A DNA stretch of 48,244 nt from a virus (Duplodnaviria > Caudoviricetes), in IMG/VR virus record IMGVR_UViG_3300035532_000094, positions 1-48,244 of that record; one strand, written 5' to 3'. The translations under genes and the position numbers were made by a program. The notes below the pieces were generated by a model. The model saw nothing but the letters and a program-made list of their open reading frames with translations, ran no database searches and was not told the DNA's origin. Shown here piece after piece: positions 38,278 to 47,148 of the stretch. Position 1 is the stretch's first letter. Each line of letters starts with the position of its first letter.

Positions 38278-38831
38278 ATTCCCACCTCATCAATGATGCG
38301 GTCAAGCTCCTTGAACAATGCCTCCTGTGTCCCATAGCCATTATTGACTATCTCGTAATCAGCGGAAATCCTGTCAATCTCCTGCTCACTCGCATGGGTA
38401 TCCTCTGGACTTCTATCCGACTTGAGACGGATGATGATGTCAAACGGGATACGCTGTGACTCATTGACGAAACGAAGGTCGGTGAGCACATAATTACCCC
38501 TTGGTTGTTGGTCGTACCAACGCACGAACGAGCGAATCCAGATGTCCTCACCACACACATGCGCAAAGCCGGGAATGTGATTTCCCAAATCATATTTCAT
38601 CAGTTCCGTACCGAACACCTGCATGAGTTGCCTCGGGGAGAAACCGAAGAGTGGGTCTACCACCTCCTTGAGGTCGCCCTCCATGTGTCGCTCATCCCAT
38701 CCGAACCACTCCTTGAACGAGTCCTTGAAGATGGCAAGCGGTCTTGCCTTGGTGAACCCGTATGTGTCACGGAGATAGAATCCTGCCGTGTCCTTACCGC
38801 TCCGCTTCTTGCCTGTGATTCCTATTAACAT
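38271..38831 (-). CDS. Deoxynucleoside monophosphate kinase
   Basis: LIGITGKKRSGKDT P-loop, PRQLMQVFGTE, TDLRF.NE, HASE motifs of T4 gp1/T5-type dNMP kinases. Confidence 0.85.
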   Translation of the reverse strand: MLIGITGKKRSGKDTAGFYLRDTYGFTKARPLAIFKDSFKEWFGWDERHMEGDLKEVVDPLFGFSPRQLMQVFGTELMKYDLGNHIPGFAHVCGEDIWIRSFVRWYDQQPRGNYVLTDLRFVNESQRIPFDIIIRLKSDRSPEDTHASEQEIDRISADYEIVNNGYGTQEALFKELDRIIDEVGIW

Positions 38832-39208
38832 GTCCCTCCCTCCAAAAGCTCTGGGTTGTCGTGAATATTGCCGATGACTTCTAGCATTGAGGAGTCCCAC
38901 GTGTTGCCAATGATATGACCCTGCAAAGTCCAACAAGCTATATCTTCTCTCCATTTCACGACCGCATTAGCAAAATCCTCGATTCTTACAATATCCCCTT
39001 CAAAAATCTTCTTGCCGTTCTTATCCAGAAGTCCGATGAACTGCCCTACTGTTTCTGGGATAACCTCATACCGCACAATCCCTTCAATTTCTCCATCATC
39101 ATCAACTTCCCAACGAATGAATTTTTGTCCAGTCATAGAACTGAATAAAGAACCATAACCCCACTTCCCGTCTTTAACACGCTTCCCACGAAAAATAATA
39201 TCTCTCAT
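38825..39208 (-). CDS. YopX-family protein
   Basis: IIFRGKR, ETVGQFIGLLDKNGKKIFEGDIV, EVIGNIHDNPELLE motifs. Confidence 0.85.
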   Translation of the reverse strand: MRDIIFRGKRVKDGKWGYGSLFSSMTGQKFIRWEVDDDGEIEGIVRYEVIPETVGQFIGLLDKNGKKIFEGDIVRIEDFANAVVKWREDIACWTLQGHIIGNTWDSSMLEVIGNIHDNPELLEGGTC

Positions 39209-39388
39209 TTCTTTTCTCCTTATTGCTTGCTGTTCCAATTATCGATACCCGAGTCTTCTTTCATTTCCTATCCCCAACCATCATGGCCATTATGACCAAT
39301 ACGCTCAACGGAATGTTCAGACCTTCCGGAAATGCAACCGCTGTGAATGCGTATCCGAAACTGAACAAGGTGAACACTATCGCATATA

Positions 39389-39589
39389 TCACATTGCCTC
39401 CAATTGGTCGTACAGACCATCGATAACATCCTCGTGCAACACATCGTACAAATTAGGAGTATCCCCTATCTTGATGGTGTGGATGGTGGTTTCACTACGC
39501 TCATTCTTATCGTCATTGTCCCAACTGAACACCACATCGAACACAATCCCGTCCTGCTCCAATGAAATATGTTCCTTATCCTTTCCCAT
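39389..39589 (-). CDS. Small acidic protein
   Basis: 66 aa; RBS AGGAG; directly behind a promoter. Confidence 0.65.
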   Translation of the reverse strand: MGKDKEHISLEQDGIVFDVVFSWDNDDKNERSETTIHTIKIGDTPNLYDVLHEDVIDGLYDQLEAM

Positions 39590-39613
39590 GATTTTTTTCT
39601 CCTGTCTATGATT

Positions 39614-39642
39614 ACCGTATCATATAATACCCTTGATGTCAA
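39614..39642 (-). promoter_or_regulatory. Sigma70-like promoter
   Basis: TTGACA-N17-TACGGT with extended TG, overlapping the thyX end. Confidence 0.55.
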
Positions 39643-40222
39643 CCTCTTTCTTGATGTCCTCGAAGAGTATCGGCATCTTCTCGTAGAATTGCCCGAAGAG
39701 CATCCCTGCCAACTCCTGTATCTGTGGGTGTGGCCTGCCTGTGCTCCCTGCATAGCGGAGACGGAAGAAGTGACGCCACTGTCTCAGATTATACGTCACC
39801 ACCAGCCTGCTCGCTGTACAGAGCGGTAGGGCGTCCCTTGCGAGTTCCTTGGGAACCCCCTGTTCCAAGAGACCGTTGTAGATTGAGTCCAGCCAACCAG
39901 CCATGTCCGGCCTGTCGAATGAGGGTATCATTTCCACCTCGTCATACTCAACATACCTCGTACTCTCATGGGTGTAGGAACCAATCCTATGCCTTGTTAT
40001 CTCTTGTGCAATCGCCCTGTTGACCGTGAGATATGCCGTGACCGATACGTGCTCCAACACCGATTCGTGCCCTCTTGAGATAAGGCCACGCAAGAATCCC
40101 TTGTATGAATCATCGGTAATCTTGTCTTCGGAGCGATAACATACACGGCCTATCCTCTCAATTTTCTTCATTGCTTCAACCGGATTGAAATCCTCCAATT
40201 CCGCTTTCTGGGGTATAATCAT
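39620..40222 (-). CDS. thyX: Flavin-dependent thymidylate synthase
   Basis: GHESVLEH, RHR-x7-S motif (RHRIGSYTHES), ARDALP, NLRQWRHFFRLR. Confidence 0.95.
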   Translation of the reverse strand: MIIPQKAELEDFNPVEAMKKIERIGRVCYRSEDKITDDSYKGFLRGLISRGHESVLEHVSVTAYLTVNRAIAQEITRHRIGSYTHESTRYVEYDEVEMIPSFDRPDMAGWLDSIYNGLLEQGVPKELARDALPLCTASRLVVTYNLRQWRHFFRLRYAGSTGRPHPQIQELAGMLFGQFYEKMPILFEDIKKEVDIKGII

Positions 40223-40518
40223 AGAATACCCCCTGCAAGGTGCAACATATCTATGTGTGCGAACAAGTCCTCAAGGCGTTCGGTCTCGTAAAACACCCCT
40301 ATATTGTCCATGATTACCCATGCCATCTTCCCATCGGTAAACCTTACCAATGCCACGTAAGATGTTGCAAGAGCAGGAATTATCATTTCCAATTTCTTAT
40401 CCCACTGTAAATATCTCGTGTATCCTTTCTCAACATACACCTCCGCTGTCTCATTCTTTGCATCGGGTTCGATACCCTGTTCCCAAGGCCATCCCTTGGT
40501 CAATGTGTGCTCAAACAT
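40219..40518 (-). CDS. Hypothetical protein
   Basis: RBS GGAGG; coupled to thyX. Confidence 0.6.
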   Translation of the reverse strand: MFEHTLTKGWPWEQGIEPDAKNETAEVYVEKGYTRYLQWDKKLEMIIPALATSYVALVRFTDGKMAWVIMDNIGVFYETERLEDLFAHIDMLHLAGGIL

Positions 40519-40529
40519 GTTTCCTCCTA

Positions 40530-40730
40530 TTAATCCTGCAATGTAAGCAATATCTTGACGAGAACGTCAATGTCAGCATCAAAAAGCTCACTGTCTTCAT
40601 CCGTACGTATCCCATGGTCTTCGCAAAGGTCTAAAACATGGTCACAGAAGTCATAGTAGTCCTCGCACATATTGAATGGCGGATATTTCTCCAATAAATC
40701 GAGATTTTCTCTCGTTTGCCAATCGCTCAT
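40530..40730 (-). CDS. Small acidic hypothetical protein
   Basis: Start in GGAGGAAGCATGA junction. Confidence 0.6.
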   Translation of the reverse strand: MSDWQTRENLDLLEKYPPFNMCEDYYDFCDHVLDLCEDHGIRTDEDSELFDADIDVLVKILLTLQD

Positions 40731-41119
40731 GCTTCCTCCCATCCGTCTGGATATTTTATTGAAAGATGGGGCCAGCATCCATAAGTGTCTACGAGGTGCC
40801 GAGGGATTTCAAAACGTTGATTGTGCGGATTGTACCACCATCCTTCTTCTTCAGAGTAACGGACAGGACTACTGTAATGTGCTTTCACCTTACCATCCCT
40901 ATCAAGTGTCACTGGTGCACCGAGAAAATTTGCCCACTCTTGCATGGTCATTCTTGCTTTACCACTCATCAGCCTGTCGTAGGCTTCGGCTTTGGCTCTT
41001 GCTTTTATAAGCTCCGATTCTAAATATCTGGTATACCCAATAGGATTAGATTCCCAGTTTACGATTGAGTCAATTTTTATTTCGTACTCAATCATTAAGT
41101 CAGTCTTTTCCATCTTCAT
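40727..41119 (-). CDS. Hypothetical protein, paralog of 41544-41960
   Basis: Shared MKMxKT and KAEAYDRLMSG. Confidence 0.65.
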   Translation of the reverse strand: MKMEKTDLMIEYEIKIDSIVNWESNPIGYTRYLESELIKARAKAEAYDRLMSGKARMTMQEWANFLGAPVTLDRDGKVKAHYSSPVRYSEEEGWWYNPHNQRFEIPRHLVDTYGCWPHLSIKYPDGWEEA

Positions 41120-41547
41120 TCTCCTTCTGGTGCTGGTATTGTAGGGATAGGAAACCAGTGAGTGATAGTAACAGCAATTCCTCTGAGGTAAAATTCATCA
41201 TTATAAAACAATACCACGTCAAAATATTTAGTCTTTTGATTGTAACCAAAGACAAACTGCCTTTCTTTCGGTTTCTCGCTCACTGGTCGCCAGCGGAGTT
41301 GTTCTTTGAGTGCAGATATTTCATCACACTGATTGCGGATAAGTTCTAGGAACGCTTCGATTGCCTCGTCAGCAATGTTGGCTTTGGCTTCCAGCCATGC
41401 TATGTAATCCATGCTATAGTCGTAAGGCCCTAGCTTTGGATAGCTTTTCTGCTCCGACGCTTGCCCACCAGCCATGAATTTCAGTATTACGGAGTGTTTG
41501 CCTGTCTCTTCCTCAAATCGCTCCATCATCTCAGTTTTTTCCATCAT
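41116..41547 (-). CDS. DUF551-like protein
   Basis: WRPVSEKP...ITHWFPIP C-terminal domain. Confidence 0.65.
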   Translation of the reverse strand: MMEKTEMMERFEEETGKHSVILKFMAGGQASEQKSYPKLGPYDYSMDYIAWLEAKANIADEAIEAFLELIRNQCDEISALKEQLRWRPVSEKPKERQFVFGYNQKTKYFDVVLFYNDEFYLRGIAVTITHWFPIPTIPAPEGE

Positions 41548-41960
41548 TTTTCCTCCAATCCATCGGGCACAATCAGTGAATCAGTCCAGTGGCACGAGCA
41601 GGGTGGCAAATCCAACAATGGGTTTCCAAAATTCAATTCCAAGAACGATGGGTTTTCTATCCTCATCCCAAGCTCCCATTTTGTTCTTCCAGAGAATGGC
41701 CTTGTCCAAAAGTACACCCATCTACCATTATCATTGCACGCAACATACGCCTGTAGGATGTTAGCAAGGTCTTTTGGTGTCACTCTACCACTCATCAGCC
41801 TGTCGTAGGCTTCGGCTTTATCAACCAGATTCAAAACCTTGCGCTCCAACCACTCTCCATAAGCAGGTAGATAAACCTTACCAGTAGAGTGTTCTACTAA
41901 TGCTATACGATCCTGCTCTTTCTCAAATTGTTCTCGTAATTCAGTCTTTTTCATCTTCAT
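41544..41960 (-). CDS. Hypothetical protein, paralog of 40727-41119
   Basis: Shared motifs; start moved to ATG 41960 with RBS AAGGAG. Confidence 0.65.
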   Translation of the reverse strand: MKMKKTELREQFEKEQDRIALVEHSTGKVYLPAYGEWLERKVLNLVDKAEAYDRLMSGRVTPKDLANILQAYVACNDNGRWVYFWTRPFSGRTKWELGMRIENPSFLELNFGNPLLDLPPCSCHWTDSLIVPDGLEEK

Positions 41961-42097
41961 TCTCCTTCTGGTGCTGGTGCTGGTGGGATGGGAACCCGAT
42001 ACGCACATCATAGCTCTTGAAATAATGTGGACAAGGTTGTTGAGAAACCCCGTTGACTGATTTGCCTTTAATAACCTTCATGCTAATACCCTCCCAA

Positions 42098-42292
42098 TTA
42101 AAGGTCACTTAATAGTGTTTTTAATCCTTCAAAGTCTGGGAATTTTTCGTTAAAAACTTTCTCAGCCGCTTTGATGATAACTTTATGCCTATCCGAACAA
42201 GAAAACAATGATGCAATCCATACATCACGAATTACTTCCTTTGCTAATGATTCAGCATCCGTAAATGTCTCGTAACTTTCCTCATAAGTCAT
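42098..42292 (-). CDS. Hypothetical protein (AT-rich)
   Basis: 64 aa; RBS AGGAG. Confidence 0.55.
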   Translation of the reverse strand: MTYEESYETFTDAESLAKEVIRDVWIASLFSCSDRHKVIIKAAEKVFNEKFPDFEGLKTLLSDL

Positions 42293-42519
42293 AATACGCT
42301 CCTGTTTGCACGAGGATTGCGCCTAGTCAACGCAACCCTCTCATCCTCTTTTTCTGTGAACAAACTATACCTCTTGTATTGTGTGTTATGCACAAAATAG
42401 CTGTATGAGTCCTTCATTATCATGATATGGAGGTTCCCTTTCTCGTCACACATGACTCCCGAGACCGCATAGTAATAATTCGTAATCCCATACTTGTCCA
42501 CCAACTCCAATCGCATCAT
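42289..42519 (-). CDS. Hypothetical protein
   Basis: Start MMRLELVD at ATGA overlap; RBS AAGGAG. Confidence 0.55.
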   Translation of the reverse strand: MMRLELVDKYGITNYYYAVSGVMCDEKGNLHIMIMKDSYSYFVHNTQYKRYSLFTEKEDERVALTRRNPRANRSVL

Positions 42520-42866
42520 GTCGCTTTCTCCTTGCCTAGGATACGGAATCCCACCCCGTCCGCTGTGGTCTTGTCCATCATCGCATAACGGTAGATGGTC
42601 GTGTGGTGGTATCCCGTCTTTCTCGATGCCTCCGTGATGCCCTTGCATACCATCAGAGGCTTCCCATCCTGCAACACCTCCACAAGAACACGTGGTGCAC
42701 CGGGCTTGCGGGTGGCCAACTTGAGATAACCACCCTTGTTCAGCCACCTTATTGCAAGCTGGCCCACGGTCTTGCCTTCCTCATCGGGAAATGGCAGTCC
42801 ACCCCTTGCCTCTGGAGGGAGGTCAAATCCCTCCAGCAACTGCAAGACTTCTTCCAACCGGCTCAT
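42516..42866 (-). CDS. DNA-binding protein with NUMOD1-like HTH
   Basis: GITEASRKTGYHHTTIYRY pattern. Confidence 0.5.
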   Translation of the reverse strand: MSRLEEVLQLLEGFDLPPEARGGLPFPDEEGKTVGQLAIRWLNKGGYLKLATRKPGAPRVLVEVLQDGKPLMVCKGITEASRKTGYHHTTIYRYAMMDKTTADGVGFRILGKEKAT

Positions 42867-43150
42867 AAGAACTCCACGGTTACAGTCTCGTTCTCGAACC
42901 TGTCCTTGTGGCAACCATCGAAGTAGAATGTACATGCCACTTCTTCCCAACGATGATTGCGTATGGTCATAATCACCATTTCGGGGAAGACCGAACATCG
43001 GACATCTGCCTCTCCAACAAAATTGACAAACTCCCCTTTCAAACCAATCATTGCCTTGAAGGTCAAGGTATCCCATTTGTCATCCTTATCCATTACCTCT
43101 TCGACCTTACCCTTGCTTTCCAACCACTTTACTACTTGTTCTCTTTTCAT
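42863..43150 (-). CDS. Hypothetical protein
   Basis: RBS AAGGAG; behind a promoter. Confidence 0.6.
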   Translation of the reverse strand: MKREQVVKWLESKGKVEEVMDKDDKWDTLTFKAMIGLKGEFVNFVGEADVRCSVFPEMVIMTIRNHRWEEVACTFYFDGCHKDRFENETVTVEFL

Positions 43151-43168
43151 CGTTTTCTCCTTGTCTAT

Positions 43169-43197
43169 ACAGTATCATATCATGATTGCTTCGTCAA
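43169..43197 (-). promoter_or_regulatory. Sigma70-like promoter
   Basis: TTGACG-N17-TACTGT with extended TG; shares ATATGATAC.GT...ATAGACA context with the 39614 promoter. Confidence 0.5.
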
Positions 43198-43512
43198 CAT
43201 TTTTTTCAGTTTTTCTGCTGATTCCCTCGGTACCCGTATCGGATTGAACAGGGAGCAGACTTCTATCTGATTATTGACGAATGCGTAATACACCTGCCCA
43301 TAAGACTTATCCAATTCCTCAGCCAACTCCTCCAACGTGGTATAATCGGTCGTCACCCGATAGAATTGCTCAATGTCCTCTATCTCTTCCAACGAGAACT
43401 CCCGCTTCGAGCGCACGTTCACTTGATAAGGGTGCAGAACGTTCTTCTTCACCAACTTATCAATCTGCCTGTCTGTACACCCCCATCGTTCACATAACTC
43501 CTTGATTCTCAT
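43180..43512 (-). CDS. Tandem HTH (MerR/excisionase-like) DNA-binding protein
   Basis: MRIKELCERWGCTDRQI and TTLEELAEELDKSYGQV. Confidence 0.65.
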   Translation of the reverse strand: MRIKELCERWGCTDRQIDKLVKKNVLHPYQVNVRSKREFSLEEIEDIEQFYRVTTDYTTLEELAEELDKSYGQVYYAFVNNQIEVCSLFNPIRVPRESAEKLKKMLTKQS

Positions 43513-43676
43513 GCTTCCTCCAATTCTTTTATCCGCTTTTCAAGAGCTTCAATTTCTTGCCTTTGTTGTAATTCTAATTCAGTGGCTTCTCGATATTCTC
43601 TAGTGTTGTTTGACACTCTACCGTCATAACTAGGCACTACCTCACCAAACTGATTAATATCATATTTTGTGCTCAT
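43509..43676 (-). CDS. Small coiled-coil protein
   Basis: Start at ATGA overlap with RBS GGAGG. Confidence 0.5.
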   Translation of the reverse strand: MSTKYDINQFGEVVPSYDGRVSNNTREYREATELELQQRQEIEALEKRIKELEEA

Positions 43677-44101
43677 ACTTCCTCCCTCACACCACAAGGT
43701 TGTCCACCCAGTGTATACCACTCAAGAAGGTTTTCTGCTGTGTATTTCCCATCACCAATTTTCACGAAGCCTGTGCATATCTTCTCACTTACAAGCCTGT
43801 TGTTACCTGTAGTTTTAGTCGTAATAACCTTTCCTACAAGGTCATTCAGTTCATCATCGTTGAAAGGACGGTAGGTTGGTTCCGGCGCAGGGTAGAAAAG
43901 TAACTCTGCACCATATTTGTCGCTTACAAATCTAGTGGTTACATTTTCCCCACGAATGGACAATAATGTTATCTTTTTATCTTCTTTTCCAAAACAGTAT
44001 TTCAAGTCGGATAATGTCAAGCCTATCCAGCCCTTCTGTCCAACCTTCGCTTGGTCTGCTGTTACACTGGTCAAAATCTTGCTTTTGTCAAATTTCATCA
44101 T
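43673..44101 (-). CDS. Hypothetical protein
   Basis: Coupled ORF, 142 aa. Confidence 0.6.
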   Translation of the reverse strand: MMKFDKSKILTSVTADQAKVGQKGWIGLTLSDLKYCFGKEDKKITLLSIRGENVTTRFVSDKYGAELLFYPAPEPTYRPFNDDELNDLVGKVITTKTTGNNRLVSEKICTGFVKIGDGKYTAENLLEWYTLGGQPCGVREEV

Positions 44102-44265
44102 TCCACCTCCTCACACCATTTATCATCAATGTCGAATCCCATTTCCCTCAGCATGTCCACTGGAAGGCCGTCACAGAATACGGGCCACATCATTTCGTCC
44201 GCCAACATCAAAGCAGTAGGGTCTGTCAACGCTTCCATCAGTTTCCATTTTCTGAATACTTTCAT
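44098..44265 (-). CDS. 55-aa protein paralogous to the N-domain of 44262-45269
   Basis: Not in ORF track; MKVF...WPVFCDG...MGFDIDDKWCEE; ATGA overlaps on both sides. Confidence 0.7.
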   Translation of the reverse strand: MKVFRKWKLMEALTDPTALMLADEMMWPVFCDGLPVDMLREMGFDIDDKWCEEVE

Positions 44266-45269
44266 CTGATTACCCCCTCGATGGTGATATGATTGCCTTC
44301 CACTTTTGCGGACATGGCAAGGATACCAACTGCATTCAACGCTTTGGACAATTCAAGATAAATATCGCACTGTACTTTCTCAAGGACAGTATAGGGGACA
44401 AATACTTCTTGACTATCAGAGAATGTCGCAATTATCTCATTGTCGCCATAGTAGAAATCTACTATACCAACCTGTCCAACATATTTATCAAGACAATCAT
44501 CCCAATTACATTCCCATCCCTCCATGTCCACGAGGGTCGGGGAGCGGAGGAGTCTCACCTTGTCTCCAACCTTGAGCTTATTGGCGTTAATCCAGCGGTT
44601 GAGTTCTGCGTAGTAATCCTTCTCCGGAAGCGCTACGAAGTCTTTCCACGTGTGCATGAAGTTCCACTCTCTTGAGAACACGGTAAACTTGACACGGAGT
44701 CCGTTGAACTCTTCTACCATCAACTCGCAACCTCGTCCCAAGAGCTCTGCGTCATTGGTATCAATGGCGATACTCCTAAACTCACGAGCACCACCGTTAC
44801 CCACGTACTTGTACCTTCTGCCGACCTCGAACTCCGTTACGCCCACAGGGAGCAGGGCGGTGTAGGACAGGTAGTAATACTTGTTTCCAATCTTGACCTC
44901 CAAGGAGCGGGCTTTGATGTCCACGATGCTCGCTACCTTGCCTACCGTCTCGTCCATGAGGGAGTCAATCCACATATACCCCCAACCATCCTCGTAGTTC
45001 TCCGGCTTCCGGTACACGTAGACCCTCGACCCTTCTCTGAGGTTGTTCGCCTTCAACCACTGCTTCTGCTTCTCTTCGTATCCCATTTCCTTTTCCTCCA
45101 TCCAATCGGGGCTTATCCCGTAGCCCAACGCATTACATTCTTCCTTGGTCTTGCCGTCACACTCGAAGGGCCACTCGTACTCCACTCTAACCACTTGCTT
45201 ACTTAGGGTAATCCTTTCCATGTCCCTCAAATACTTCTCTCTGCTGAATACTTTCATCTTATTCATCAT
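44262..45269 (-). CDS. Multi-module early protein with two SH3/KOW-like repeats
   Basis: Two W..AN.L..G..V...GW...W...D..VG...Y..L..V repeats. Confidence 0.6.
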   Translation of the reverse strand: MMNKMKVFSREKYLRDMERITLSKQVVRVEYEWPFECDGKTKEECNALGYGISPDWMEEKEMGYEEKQKQWLKANNLREGSRVYVYRKPENYEDGWGYMWIDSLMDETVGKVASIVDIKARSLEVKIGNKYYYLSYTALLPVGVTEFEVGRRYKYVGNGGAREFRSIAIDTNDAELLGRGCELMVEEFNGLRVKFTVFSREWNFMHTWKDFVALPEKDYYAELNRWINANKLKVGDKVRLLRSPTLVDMEGWECNWDDCLDKYVGQVGIVDFYYGDNEIIATFSDSQEVFVPYTVLEKVQCDIYLELSKALNAVGILAMSAKVEGNHITIEGVIR

Positions 45270-45697
45270 TCATAATCCTCCAACGCAATGCGCCTTTCGT
45301 ACTTTGCGCAATCCTCTTCCATTCCAGTGCAGTCAATCCCTTTCAACTTCCTCACTATCATGGTAACTTGACAATCGATATAACGCCTTGTGTTATCTTC
45401 ACGAATGGGGTCTATTGCACGCAGTATGTTTTGTACATGCTCTTTCACCAAGTCATACATTGGGTGCTCTTCATTTTTTATCCTCATATGTTCTGACTTC
45501 TGCTGTTTCAGCATGTCTTCCAGTGTATCCACCAGCTTCTTCTCGCAAGGATGGAGCCTCAGCCACATTTCTGCGAGTGTCACCTCATCCATGTCCGTGC
45601 AATCCCAGTCGCCCTCGAATAGGGGGCAGTTACCGCAAAGCACCCCAACACAAGTACCATCAGCCACAATTTGCTCACATGCTTCTCTTTTTGTCAT
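45266..45697 (-). CDS. Cys-rich hypothetical protein
   Basis: C.GV.C.NCPL motif; start moved to ATG 45697. Confidence 0.55.
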   Translation of the reverse strand: MTKREACEQIVADGTCVGVLCGNCPLFEGDWDCTDMDEVTLAEMWLRLHPCEKKLVDTLEDMLKQQKSEHMRIKNEEHPMYDLVKEHVQNILRAIDPIREDNTRRYIDCQVTMIVRKLKGIDCTGMEEDCAKYERRIALEDYE

Positions 45698-45707
45698 ACT
45701 CAACCCC

Positions 45708-46079
45708 CTAGAATTTGAAGAAGGCGTCCAAGACACCTTGTTTCTGCTCTTCATCCAACCCGCTCACGAGGGTGATGAAATCCGTCCTGCACTCACGTCT
45801 CTCTACATCCACGAGGAACCAGCCACTGGGACACCGCTCCACAGTGAAGTACGTGGCCATCGGAACACCCTTGTACGCATTAGGGAATTTCTCCGGATTC
45901 GGGTTGCACCGGAACCTCAGACCAGTCCAGTATTTCTTGAGGAACTCCTTCCGCTCGAGGTCTCGCTCGATGCTGTTTACCAGACTCTTCACATCATAGG
46001 ATGTGGCGTTCCTCACCCTTGCATTTACCTTGGCGAACTCATTGTCCATTTTCTCTTTGTCGTTGATGTTTATTTTCAT
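45708..46079 (-). CDS. Early hypothetical protein
   Basis: RBS AAGGAG; first gene behind the 46102 promoter. Confidence 0.65.
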   Translation of the reverse strand: MKININDKEKMDNEFAKVNARVRNATSYDVKSLVNSIERDLERKEFLKKYWTGLRFRCNPNPEKFPNAYKGVPMATYFTVERCPSGWFLVDVERRECRTDFITLVSGLDEEQKQGVLDAFFKF

Positions 46080-46101
46080 TCCCTTTCTCCTTGATGATTA
46101 A

Positions 46102-46130
46102 ACTCTACACCTTTTTTGACTTCTTGTCAA
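46102..46130 (-). promoter_or_regulatory. Sigma70-type early promoter
   Basis: GTG-TTGACA-N17-TAGAGT. Confidence 0.65.
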
Positions 46131-46353
46131 CACCCATTTCGAAGAATCTCACATTTTCTTTCGTCTTTATCCTCAGAAGACGGCCACCCACACTCATCTG
46201 CTCGATGTCGCTGTACGGTATCTCCACGTCCTCGCCACCCTCCTTGGGCCTCATGAGCACGGCGGTGTCCGTCAGCACGATGCGGTAGGCCTTGGTCTCG
46301 AAGGCCCCTCCTAGGAGCCTCACGAGTCTTTTCAATACGCTTATATCTGTCAT
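46105..46353 (-). CDS. Early hypothetical protein (PH-like beta pattern)
   Basis: IVLTD...VEIPYSDIEQM...LRIKT pattern. Confidence 0.55.
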   Translation of the reverse strand: MTDISVLKRLVRLLGGAFETKAYRIVLTDTAVLMRPKEGGEDVEIPYSDIEQMSVGGRLLRIKTKENVRFFEMGVDKKSKKV

Positions 46354-46625
46354 CTTGCCTCCTCGTATCCACCATCACGCAAGGCCTTGCTTATATCCAC
46401 CGCTCCTTGGAATGAACCATCCAGTTCCGACCAGCTCAATACTTCCCCTCTCGAGTTGGCAGGGAAAATATACGTCTCAGGCATGTTTGTGTCGAATGCG
46501 CAATCGATTGTAGATACGATAATGAATCTGAATGTGACACAATGGCGTTTCTTTGGCTTCTCGAGTCTGAACAACTCGGCGTATCCTGCGAACCCCTCTA
46601 CGCTTCTTACGAATGTTGCTTTCAT
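46350..46625 (-). CDS. Early hypothetical protein
   Basis: RBS AAGGAG before ATG 46625; ETYIFPAN..GEVLSW.EL.GS motif. Confidence 0.65.
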   Translation of the reverse strand: MKATFVRSVEGFAGYAELFRLEKPKKRHCVTFRFIIVSTIDCAFDTNMPETYIFPANSRGEVLSWSELDGSFQGAVDISKALRDGGYEEAR

Positions 46626-46655
46626 CTTTTGCTCCTTGTTTTGAAATCTGTGTTC

Positions 46656-46684
46656 AGTATATTCGATGTTTGGGAGCATGTCAA
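46656..46684 (-). promoter_or_regulatory. Sigma70-type early promoter at the start of the early arm
   Basis: GTG-TTGACA-N17-TATACT. Confidence 0.75.
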
Positions 46685-46851
46685 CACTTTTTTGTGTATT
46701 TTTTCAGAAGGTGATTTCTTATACACTTTTGGAGATGTGTATGGAAAAAGGGGTATGTCAACACATTGTTTCAAAAAAACCTGTTTTTTCATATTTTTTT
46801 GCTTTCGTGTAGCCTATTGGTTATTAAATGTAGCTAATAGTGATTTTCTGC

Positions 46852-47090
46852 GACACTTGGGACACATAGGTTTTTTCTATGTGTCTTTTTTTATTTGTTG
46901 TATTATAAGTATTTATTTTTTAAAAAGACACATAGACACTTATTTTCTATAATTAGTAAAATACACATATAAATAAGTAAAAATAAGGGTTTTTTTCGTT
47001 GTATATAAAAGAATAGGGCGATTTATGTGTCTATGTGTCTTTTTCAAAATTAAGTTGTTGCATTATAGTGAGTTACGGGAGACACATAGA
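46852..47090. repeat. AT-rich region with GACACATAG repeats in both orientations; candidate replication origin
   Basis: GACACATAG at 46861, 46927, 47081; reverse copies at 46877 and 47031; 18-bp inverted repeat 46922-46939 / 47027-47044. Confidence 0.7.
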
Positions 47091-47119
47091 TTTTTCGTTG
47101 CTGTATGCGTGTGTATTAC

Positions 47120-47148
47120 TTGACATTTGCCTTATTTTCTGCTATAAT
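47120..47148 (+). promoter_or_regulatory. Perfect-consensus sigma70 promoter
   Basis: TTGACA-N17-TATAAT with extended TG, upstream of the TerS-like gene. Confidence 0.85.

Larger units (their letters stand above)
40960..41978. repeat. Remnant tandem duplication (34-bp and 38-bp direct repeats)
   Basis: 34 bp identical at 40960-40993 and 41786-41819; 38 bp with one mismatch at 41100-41137 and 41941-41978. Confidence 0.85.

Noticed and set aside
43180-43512. Excisionase implying a lysogeny module
   Set aside because: No integrase, repressor or att site recognised; kept only as a generic HTH protein
46733-46761. Third GTGTTGACA promoter on the - strand
   Set aside because: The -10 at 17-bp spacing is ACATCT, a poor match
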